Assembly: GCA_964019425.1 (NCBI GenBank)
Contig: OZ025783.1
Span: 1,736,001 to 1,760,736, forward strand
DNA from: Flectonema sp. DT1601
Taxonomy: Eukaryota
DNA: 24,736 bases
Reading direction: 5' to 3'
Shown here: positions 16,165 to 24,736 of the stretch, piece by piece
Layout: every line of letters starts with the position of its first letter
How positions within the stretch are numbered: the first letter of the stretch is position 1
Notes under the pieces: model-generated
What the model was told of the DNA's origin: nothing
The model's database searches: none
Seen by the model: only the letters and a program-made list of their open reading frames with translations
Translations under genes and position numbers: made by a program

Positions 16165-18902
16165 ATGCCAACAGCAGGTGGGGGCGCCTGGGCCCAGCCA
16201 GGCGTTACCCCGTACAACAAACTGGGAAAACAAATTGGAGCAACGCATCACGGAGACTTAATAACAAGAAATGGTGTGATGGCGGAATCAGTTCTAAGAA
16301 TCTTGAAGAGGCAGCCCACAAAGGTAACACATCCAGAAGATCCGGTCTCAGTCAACAGGGCACTAGGAAAGCTGGACAACGTAGTGAAAGGGATGTGGGC
16401 ACCGTCAACGCTAGAACAGAGAAAACGATTATGGTCGCGGTTCATGAAATGGGCGATCGAGCGGAACCTGACGAACAATGCGGACACAGCGGTTCTGTTT
16501 ACAGTTGCAACAGGGGCAAAGCCTCAGGGCCTTCTGAATTATGCGAAGGGTCTCTCGGCAATAATGAAAAAGATAGGAAGGGACAATCAGCCTCTCAGAA
16601 GCCTAGCAGCAGCTCTAAGGGCGGATGGTGCAGCGATTCCGGAGAGCCAAGCAACACCTATCAAAAAGGAAGTACTGATGCAGTGGGCGCTGGAACAAAA
16701 GCCCGACCTCAAAGCGACAGCGATCATAGCATGGAAGACAATGTCCCGATGGGGGGAAGTGGCAAAGTTATCGTCAGTGCAATTCATAAACCTAGATCCA
16801 CTGCAAGTTATAATAGATTGGGGGCAAACACCAAAGGGAAAGAAGAGAAACCCTTACACAACGTCAAGATTCGTTGTGATCAGTGGCGACCAAGTCCAAG
16901 AAATCAACAGACTTATAAGGAAGCTCTCGCCGTTCGAAACCCTTTGCAGCACCGACACGGCGAGGGTCGGGGTCTTGTGGAAGCGGGACCCAGCTATGAA
17001 GGGCTACAGCGGCCACAGTGTGAAGAGAGGTGCGATCCAACACATATTCAATTTCAACGCGGAGAACCCGAGGAGGGCCATCCCAACGTATCTCATCAGC
17101 AGACTGGCGAAGCACGAGACGTCAAACGAACAAGTCTCAGAAACAACGCTGAGGTACGCAGGGTCCGACAAGAGCATCGCGGTATCTCTACAAACCCAGC
17201 GGGTAACAAATCACCTATGAGTGCAACGATGGTTAGGCGGGTGATGCAAAACTTCACACGAAAGTCGAAGATCACTAGAATACCGACGACGGAGGAGGAG
17301 CGATCGAGTCCACTTCACGTTCACCCTGTTAAGCCGCTGGAGATTCAGAAGGTGGAGAAGATGATGACAAAAGAAACCCTCAAAAGATTTAAAGAAGTCT
17401 GCAACTTAACATTTAACCCAAGGAAAGGCAAGATTAGCTACAGAAAGGGAAACAAGAGGTCAGAATTACAGACTGAGCATGCGAACAAACTTGTAGAGGC
17501 AGGTATCGCTACCCAGGCAGGCGGCCCTGGAGAACTCGAATCGATCCCATTTACTGTATTAGAAGAGCGGCAAGGAGCAAACAGGCAAAGGTTTATATTA
17601 TGGACGAGGGAGGCAAACCAACAGGCTAGGAGCTTAGGCTATGATCCGAAAGTTCCACTTGGGCACATTTCATGTTATCTTGATCGGACGGAGAAGGAGG
17701 TCGCATCCCAATGGGACTTAAGAACAGGCTTTTACCAAGTACCGATCCCTCAGGCATCGAGAAGATTCTTCAGGTTTCAAGATAGTGCACATAATTGGTT
17801 TGAACTAACGAGGCTGCCAATGGGACACGTAGCAGCCCCTGAGATCATGCACACTTTGACTGCTACAGTGGCAGGCGATCCAACATATGCTAAGCCTGAG
17901 TTTACTTACAAAGGTGTCGTAACTGACATATGGATAGATAATATTAGAATATCTGGTGATCTTGATAAGGTCGAGGCAGCTACTGATGGTGTTAACAAAA
18001 TAGCAGCTGACTGTAATGTGACATGGAAAGCAGCTGAAACTATCCGGGCTGCTACAGACTATGACTTTTTGGGTGTTCATTTTAATCATCTTGACCATAC
18101 GGTATCGGTAGCGAAGAAGCTACGCAACAAGATCCAGGACTCAGATCTTACTAATCCTACAGCAGGGGGTGTTGAAAGCTTAGCAGGGAGGCTTCTGCAT
18201 GCTTCTGCAATTACGAGGGTTCACCCAGGTAACTTCTGGTATGCGTTAAAGTTCTTTCGAAGAATAACAAATTCACTCAATCGGGGAGTTTGCGACGTTA
18301 ACGATTACATTAGCATTCCGATCTCGGTCAGGAAACAGATAGAGCAGTGGGTAGGTGAGGTATCACAAATTCGAGAGATCAAGTCCTTCTCTGATGACGG
18401 CTCTATTATGATGTTTGTTGACGCTTCCAACACCGGATGGGGTGCAGTTATTATTTCTAAACAAGCGGAGATGAAGATTCTGGGGCAACGCTGGACTACG
18501 ATAGAGGGCGAGAAGCACATTAATATTCTTGAGGCTAAGGCGCTGCATCTCTCGCTGCGGACAGTTGAAGAAGCATCTCACATCGATATCTACGCTGATA
18601 ATACTACAGTTGCCTTCTCAACCAAAAAGGGGATGTCCTCACGCTCTTACGATCTAAACAGGGAGGTGATAGGATCTCTCAATCACTTACAAAGGATAGG
18701 TTGCGCATACACAATCTCATGGGTGTCAACAAAATGCAATCCTGCAGACTATCCTTCACGGAGCACTCCAACTAATCTTAACCAGCCAAAGCTACTTGCT
18801 GATGCAAAACTTGCGCTGGGGCGATTCTTCAACTTGCGCGGTGGTGGTGGTAGCCGGGTCGTGGCCAAGCGCCATTACTCAGTAACCACCCCTACGCATT
18901 AG
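16095..18902 (+). CDS. Reverse transcriptase-RNase H of element 2, overlapping the entire YR ORF
   Basis: RQRFILW, WDLRTGFYQ, RLPMGH, WIDN, FLG; RNase H FVDASNTGWG, HINILE, ADNT, NPADYPSR. Confidence 0.92.
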   Translation: MEEAVKTALGKRTWGSNPQEAKLNANSRWGRLGPARRYPVQQTGKTNWSNASRRLNNKKWCDGGISSKNLEEAAHKGNTSRRSGLSQQGTRKAGQRSERDVGTVNARTEKTIMVAVHEMGDRAEPDEQCGHSGSVYSCNRGKASGPSELCEGSLGNNEKDRKGQSASQKPSSSSKGGWCSDSGEPSNTYQKGSTDAVGAGTKARPQSDSDHSMEDNVPMGGSGKVIVSAIHKPRSTASYNRLGANTKGKEEKPLHNVKIRCDQWRPSPRNQQTYKEALAVRNPLQHRHGEGRGLVEAGPSYEGLQRPQCEERCDPTHIQFQRGEPEEGHPNVSHQQTGEARDVKRTSLRNNAEVRRVRQEHRGISTNPAGNKSPMSATMVRRVMQNFTRKSKITRIPTTEEERSSPLHVHPVKPLEIQKVEKMMTKETLKRFKEVCNLTFNPRKGKISYRKGNKRSELQTEHANKLVEAGIATQAGGPGELESIPFTVLEERQGANRQRFILWTREANQQARSLGYDPKVPLGHISCYLDRTEKEVASQWDLRTGFYQVPIPQASRRFFRFQDSAHNWFELTRLPMGHVAAPEIMHTLTATVAGDPTYAKPEFTYKGVVTDIWIDNIRISGDLDKVEAATDGVNKIAADCNVTWKAAETIRAATDYDFLGVHFNHLDHTVSVAKKLRNKIQDSDLTNPTAGGVESLAGRLLHASAITRVHPGNFWYALKFFRRITNSLNRGVCDVNDYISIPISVRKQIEQWVGEVSQIREIKSFSDDGSIMMFVDASNTGWGAVIISKQAEMKILGQRWTTIEGEKHINILEAKALHLSLRTVEEASHIDIYADNTTVAFSTKKGMSSRSYDLNREVIGSLNHLQRIGCAYTISWVSTKCNPADYPSRSTPTNLNQPKLLADAKLALGRFFNLRGGGGSRVVAKRHYSVTTPTH
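16122..16128 (+). promoter_or_regulatory. Putative -1 ribosomal frameshift heptamer G_GGA_AAC
   Basis: X_XXY_YYZ in gag phase (TCG GGA AAC), inside the open RT frame, followed 6 nt later by GGGG-CTCAAA-CCCC. Confidence 0.72.
16165..17220 (+). CDS. Tyrosine recombinase of element 2
   Basis: WKTMSRWGEV, TPK, HSVKRGA, AKH, LRYA. Collinear with the element 1 YR (KPQGLL.YAK.LSAIMK, ALRADGAAIP). Confidence 0.92.
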   Translation: MPTAGGGAWAQPGVTPYNKLGKQIGATHHGDLITRNGVMAESVLRILKRQPTKVTHPEDPVSVNRALGKLDNVVKGMWAPSTLEQRKRLWSRFMKWAIERNLTNNADTAVLFTVATGAKPQGLLNYAKGLSAIMKKIGRDNQPLRSLAAALRADGAAIPESQATPIKKEVLMQWALEQKPDLKATAIIAWKTMSRWGEVAKLSSVQFINLDPLQVIIDWGQTPKGKKRNPYTTSRFVVISGDQVQEINRLIRKLSPFETLCSTDTARVGVLWKRDPAMKGYSGHSVKRGAIQHIFNFNAENPRRAIPTYLISRLAKHETSNEQVSETTLRYAGSDKSIAVSLQTQRVTNHL

Positions 18903-18974
18903 CATATCGTGTAATTATCTTTACATTAGTTCATTCATACAAATTACAATACCTTGTTCTATAGTTTCAAATAA

Positions 18975-19037
18975 ATATGGCAGACTGATAAGGGTGATTC
19001 CCCCGTTACGTGGGAATCAACCATCCGTCGGCCATGT
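18975..19037. other. B1/A2 junction hairpin, putative recombination site of element 2
   Basis: ATATGGC/GCCATGT, GAC/GTC, GAT/ATC, GG/CC, TGATTCCC/GGGAATCA around a 9-nt loop. Confidence 0.75.
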
Positions 19038-19322
19038 CTACCTCTCATCGTTTATAAATACATTACCGTTTATCCAAAAGAAAGCATAAACAACTCGTAC
19101 GCAATATAAAATAAAGAATAAGAAAACATCTAGAAAAACAGCACATTTTGTTTCAGACATAAGACGCAACACGTTCGAGAAAGGAGCATCAGCGATACTT
19201 ACGATCGTTAATAAACATTCGATACTTACGTTTCGCTACATTTAAAGTATCCGCGTTTCATCTTTCATTACTTCTATAGGCTTTCTTTCTCCTTTTCGTA
19301 CTCCCTTAATAAATAAAGTAAT
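19005..19322 (+). repeat. Split direct repeat A2 of element 2
   Basis: Copy of 14557-14874. Confidence 0.95.
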
Positions 19323-19342
19323 CCCACCCACCCTTCCCACCA

Positions 19343-19465
19343 GCAAACCCGCAAACCCGCAAACCCGCAAACCCGCAAACCCGCAAACCCGCAAACCCGC
19401 AAACCCGCAAACCCGCAAACCCGCAAACCCGCAAACCCGCAAACCCGCAAACCCGCAAACCCGCA
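19343..19465 (+). repeat. (AAACCCGC)n tract 4, about 15 units
   Basis: Direct reading. Confidence 0.97.
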
Positions 19466-19668
19466 CTAGAGATACCCCTTCCAGGCTCGCGTTGCTCGCA
19501 CACAACTTTTTTTTTTTAAGCTTTCTGAACAAACATTATTTTTACAACCAAGTCACGTCTGTTTTTATTCCCTGGCTAATCGCTCGCGTTAAGTTAAGTC
19601 CAATTTTGTACCCTTTTCCTTGCTACTTTCTTCTTACTAATTTTTCTGGTTGAAAAACACAAAAAATG

Positions 19669-19737
19669 TGCCTGGGAATTGAACCCTTGCCATGGCTACC
19701 GAAGAGATTTAAGGTATCCACTCGGCTGTGCAGCCCT
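19669..19737 (-). other. Degenerate tRNA-like / Pol III promoter relic (homologue at ~10231-10299)
   Basis: Minus strand CAGCCGAGTGG (A-box-like), GGGTTCAATTCCC (B-box-like), then a T6 run; no complete cloverleaf. Confidence 0.35.
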
Positions 19738-21366
19738 GGGATTTTCTTTTTTTTTTTTATTTATTTATTTGTGTGTTCTTAGCCTCTTTATGGAAATCCT
19801 TCCATTTTCCCTTCCCCCCAGTCTTAACGTAGGAGAGTCTACCAGGTGCTTACCCTTCGGGCGCGGGATTTGAACTAATTGCGTGTACGGGCGCGATGGG
19901 TTATTGCAGTGGCAGGGGGTCGAACCAGCGATCACCCAGCCCCAGGGCGAAGGTTATACCACTACCCCTGGGATATCGCAACTTTTTATTATTATTACTT
20001 TTCTGCAATTTTTATTTATAAATAAGTTTTCGAAAAGGTGGGAAGTAACGGACTGGGAGCTTTTGGCTCCTGCCCTATTCCCGATGTAAACTTTCTTTTT
20101 TTTTTTTTTTTTTTTTTTTAACAGGCCCAAAGGGCGACAATGAAAGATGCTGACCAAGGAATAATATTCAAATGAATTTTCGTTTCAAAGAAACGAACAG
20201 GATTAAGAGAGAGGTAGAGAAAAAAAAAAAAATAATATGAAGAGGAAATAATCAAACATGAAAAAAAAAAATGAAAAAAAAATAAATAAACGTTATATAT
20301 AAGCAATTTCTTTTTTTTTTCGCAATTTTTTATTTATTTATTACTTTTCTGTCCCAACGGGACGACAAATGAAAAATGTCCTCCCTTAGCTGAAAATGCA
20401 CACTGCACCCTGTTTTATCATGTCCTTTGTTTTTGTTTTTCTGAAAGATATCTGTAGTTGTTGTTATATTAATATGCTAGCACGAAAACGGCGGCTAGGT
20501 TTATGATGATTGGATATGTGGCTTAGGTTATCTGTTTGTTACATTTGGAAGTATTTTACAACAGGTTTATCGAACCTGTATCTGCAATGTGTGCGACCCT
20601 GGGATGGGAATATAGGAATTTAGTTATATTAATAAGGTTATTGTTCATTATTTCCAATAAAATAGAAATGTGGGAAGAACTATGGGATGGCGGAACGCAG
20701 CCCCCCCCCCCAACCCCCCCCAAGGGGGGGGAGCCACTAATAAAGGCCAACCTCCTGAAAAAGAATCAAGAAAAAACAAAAATGCCCTCGCCCAGGGTCG
20801 AACTGGACGGTTTACAGCCATTTTGGGTTTTGTAAAGAATGGTTAGTTCTGAAACTATTTGTGTAGGAAAGACCCTTTACCCAAAAAGAAATGAAATCAA
20901 AGATTGCTTTTTCACAGCTTGGCACCTAAAATCCAAAACTCATTAAGAAGGAAAAAATTATTTCAAAAAGAAAATTTTTGCTAACTAAATTGGCAGCCAT
21001 ACACCAAATTTCAAAACCACTTACTAACAGAATTTCTTTCTCATCACTTTTTATATTTTAAGAAAATGGTTAACAGGAATTTATGAAGACTTTTGGATAG
21101 ATCAACTATGTGTTCCCATCTTTTTTAGGAGATCTGTAGAAAAAAATAAATCTTTCAGAAAATATTATAAAGGAAAGATTTTTTCTGAAGAATTCTTTTT
21201 TAACTACCTACTAAATTGGCAACCATACACTTAAATTTCAAAACCATCACATTTTATACTTTAAGAAAATGGTTACCCATCTTTTTTAGACCTGCTCAGG
21301 CACAAAAATCCAGCATTTTTCCTTAGGCAAAAATAAGTCTTACTTACTTCCTACTGAAGGAAATTG

Positions 21367-21778
21367 GCAGCTTAAATTTGTTTGCAGGAAAAAAGTAAGC
21401 AGCTAAAATTTGCTTGCGGGAAGAAAATAAGCAGCTGAGATTTGCTTGCGGGAAGAGAATCAGCAGCTAAAATTTGCTTGCGGGAAGAAAATAAGCAGCT
21501 AAAATTTGCTTGCGGGAAGAAAATAAGCAGCTAAAATTTGCTTGCGGGAAGAAAATAAGCAGCTGAGATTTGCTTGCGGGAAGAAAATAAGCAGCCAAAA
21601 TTTGCTTGCGGGAAGAAAATAAGCAGCTAAAATTTGCTTGCGGGAAGAAAATAAGCAGCTAAAATTTGCTTGCGGGAAGAAAATAAGCAGCTGAGATTTG
21701 CTTGCGGGAAGAAAATTAGCAGCTAAAATTTGCTTGCGGGAAGAAAATTAGCAGCTAAAATTTGCTTGCGGGAAGAAA
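21367..21778 (+). repeat. 32-bp minisatellite in Helitron-like copy 2, about 13 units
   Basis: Same unit as 11965-12364, more homogeneous. Confidence 0.93.
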
Positions 21779-22414
21779 CAGAAGCCTCATTCTCAGTACG
21801 GAAGTAGCTAGGCCAGGCCTTACATAGCACTTCTGAGCAACCTAATATTATTCCTGTAATCCGTGACACTATTACGTAGCACTTAGCACCAGGCTTGCTA
21901 GCAGGAAGAAACAGAAGCCCCATTCCCAGTACCGAAGTAGCTAGGCCTGACCAGCTTACAGTGCTGCGTAAGTTTTGACTGGCAAACAACTGCAAAACTT
22001 TTTTCTCCACCCAGAGATTTGTGAAGACTTTTCGGGGCCGATAGATCGAGAGATAACCATAAAAAAAAGATGTACTCATGTTTTTTTGGAGGTGAGTGGC
22101 GCAAAAAGTGGTAAAAAAAAAAAAAAAAATTCCGTGACAAAGGCAAATAACAGCAATTTTCTTTCTGCAAACGCCCGCCGGATCATCAGACTGTCATTTG
22201 GTAGCGCCGACTTGCCACAGGTCAATATGCAACGCTACTTTTCTTTCCGTAATGCGTGGCACCAGTCAACACTTATGTTGCCAGACCTTCTTGCGGGAAT
22301 GCAAAGAAGAATTAGTGTGTAATTAGGTGAGGCCTGGCCTGGGTACCTGGCCCAGGACTTGGTGGATTTCCTCAGAACCCAAAATATCCCCAATGCTGAC
22401 AATTATATAGGAGA

Positions 22415-24736
22415 AACCCGCAAACCCGCAAACCCGCAAACCCGCAAACCCGCAAACCCGCAAACCCGCAAACCCGCAAACCCGCAAACCCGCAAACCCG
22501 CAAACCCGCAAACCCGCAAACCCGCAAACCCGCAAACCCGCAAACCCGCAAACCCGCAAACCCGCAAACCCGCAAACCCGCAAACCCGCAAACCCGCAAA
22601 CCCGCAAACCCGCAAACCCGCAAACCCGCAAACCCGCAAACCCGCAAACCCGCAAACCCGCAAACCCGCAAACCCGCAAACCCGCAAACCCGCAAACCCG
22701 CAAACCCGCAAACCCGCAAACCCGCAAACCCGCAAACCCGCAAACCCGCAAACCCGCAAACCCGCAAACCCGCAAACCCGCAAACCCGCAAACCCGCAAA
22801 CCCGCAAACCCGCAAACCCGCAAACCCGCAAACCCGCAAACCCGCAAACCCGCAAACCCGCAAACCCGCAAACCCGCAAACCCGCAAACCCGCAAACCCG
22901 CAAACCCGCAAACCCGCAAACCCGCAAACCCGCAAACCCGCAAACCCGCAAACCCGCAAACCCGCAAACCCGCAAACCCGCAAACCCGCAAACCCGCAAA
23001 CCCGCAAACCCGCAAACCCGCAAACCCGCAAACCCGCAAACCCGCAAACCCGCAAACCCGCAAACCCGCAAACCCGCAAACCCGCAAACCCGCAAACCCG
23101 CAAACCCGCAAACCCGCAAACCCGCAAACCCGCAAACCCGCAAACCCGCAAACCCGCAAACCCGCAAACCCGCAAACCCGCAAACCCGCAAACCCGCAAA
23201 CCCGCAAACCCGCAAACCCGCAAACCCGCAAACCCGCAAACCCGCAAACCCGCAAACCCGCAAACCCGCAAACCCGCAAACCCGCAAACCCGCAAACCCG
23301 CAAACCCGCAAACCCGCAAACCCGCAAACCCGCAAACCCGCAAACCCGCAAACCCGCAAACCCGCAAACCCGCAAACCCGCAAACCCGCAAACCCGCAAA
23401 CCCGCAAACCCGCAAACCCGCAAACCCGCAAACCCGCAAACCCGCAAACCCGCAAACCCGCAAACCCGCAAACCCGCAAACCCGCAAACCCGCAAACCCG
23501 CAAACCCGCAAACCCGCAAACCCGCAAACCCGCAAACCCGCAAACCCGCAAACCCGCAAACCCGCAAACCCGCAAACCCGCAAACCCGCAAACCCGCAAA
23601 CCCGCAAACCCGCAAACCCGCAAACCCGCAAACCCGCAAACCCGCAAACCCGCAAACCCGCAAACCCGCAAACCCGCAAACCCGCAAACCCGCAAACCCG
23701 CAAACCCGCAAACCCGCAAACCCGCAAACCCGCAAACCCGCAAACCCGCAAACCCGCAAACCCGCAAACCCGCAAACCCGCAAACCCGCAAACCCGCAAA
23801 CCCGCAAACCCGCAAACCCGCAAACCCGCAAACCCGCAAACCCGCAAACCCGCAAACCCGCAAACCCGCAAACCCGCAAACCCGCAAACCCGCAAACCCG
23901 CAAACCCGCAAACCCGCAAACCCGCAAACCCGCAAACCCGCAAACCCGCAAACCCGCAAACCCGCAAACCCGCAAACCCGCAAACCCGCAAACCCGCAAA
24001 CCCGCAAACCCGCAAACCCGCAAACCCGCAAACCCGCAAACCCGCAAACCCGCAAACCCGCAAACCCGCAAACCCGCAAACCCGCAAACCCGCAAACCCG
24101 CAAACCCGCAAACCCGCAAACCCGCAAACCCGCAAACCCGCAAACCCGCAAACCCGCAAACCCGCAAACCCGCAAACCCGCAAACCCGCAAACCCGCAAA
24201 CCCGCAAACCCGCAAACCCGCAAACCCGCAAACCCGCAAACCCGCAAACCCGCAAACCCGCAAACCCGCAAACCCGCAAACCCGCAAACCCGCAAACCCG
24301 CAAACCCGCAAACCCGCAAACCCGCAAACCCGCAAACCCGCAAACCCGCAAACCCGCAAACCCGCAAACCCGCAAACCCGCAAACCCGCAAACCCGCAAA
24401 CCCGCAAACCCGCAAACCCGCAAACCCGCAAACCCGCAAACCCGCAAACCCGCAAACCCGCAAACCCGCAAACCCGCAAACCCGCAAACCCGCAAACCCG
24501 CAAACCCGCAAACCCGCAAACCCGCAAACCCGCAAACCCGCAAACCCGCAAACCCGCAAACCCGCAAACCCGCAAACCCGCAAACCCGCAAACCCGCAAA
24601 CCCGCAAACCCGCAAACCCGCAAACCCGCAAACCCGCAAACCCGCAAACCCGCAAACCCGCAAACCCGCAAACCCGCAAACCCGCAAACCCGCAAACCCG
24701 CAAACCCGCAAACCCGCAAACCCGCAAACCCGCAAA
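22415..24736 (+). repeat. (AAACCCGC)n tandem array 5, about 290 units, running off the window end
   Basis: Direct reading. Confidence 0.98.

Larger units (their letters stand above)
14553..19344 (+). mobile_element. Tyrosine-recombinase retrotransposon 2 (distinct family, same architecture), ORFs intact, terminal B2 repeat lost
   Basis: A1 (14557-14874), gag, YR, RT/RH, B1, A2 (19005-19322), 19-bp spacer, then only AGC(A) before the octamer resumes. Confidence 0.9.
19466..22414 (-). mobile_element. Non-autonomous Helitron-like element, copy 2
   Basis: Same termini and same insertion register as 9993-13286; about 345 bp shorter, with scattered substitutions and indels. Confidence 0.6.

Noticed and set aside
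22323..24735. 770-800 aa minus-strand ORFs
   Set aside because: Same stop-free octamer artefact.

Overview
Eukaryotic, repeat-dominated window with no intact host gene; a euglenozoan-type genome is an inference from element architecture and splice-acceptor-like tracts. From the left: a ubiquitin-like/LRR gene is broken at ~1117 by a decayed APE-type non-LTR retroelement remnant, which is itself cut off at ~4348 by an (AAACCCGC)n array. The rest is five same-orientation tracts of that octamer carrying two kinds of insert, twice each. (1) Two divergent tyrosine-recombinase (YR) retrotransposons of VIPER/TATE-like gag-YR-RT/RNase H order. They have split direct repeats (A1-ORFs-B1-A2-B2; B2 lost in the second) and sit at the same register in the octamer. 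(2) Two ~3 kb non-coding Helitron-like elements on the minus strand (5'-TC...CTAG-3', no target duplication). Shared, sequence-visible features of the YR elements are: a ~60-nt bulged hairpin at the B/A junction conserved in structure but not sequence; an in-phase -1 slippery heptamer at the end of gag leading into the RT frame; a single UGA between in-frame gag and YR; an xIDN RT motif; and a 19-bp CCCACCCACC-starting spacer. A 27-bp palindrome of the octamer inserted in the non-LTR remnant, plus GC-ended truncations, suggests the octamer is added de novo at breaks.
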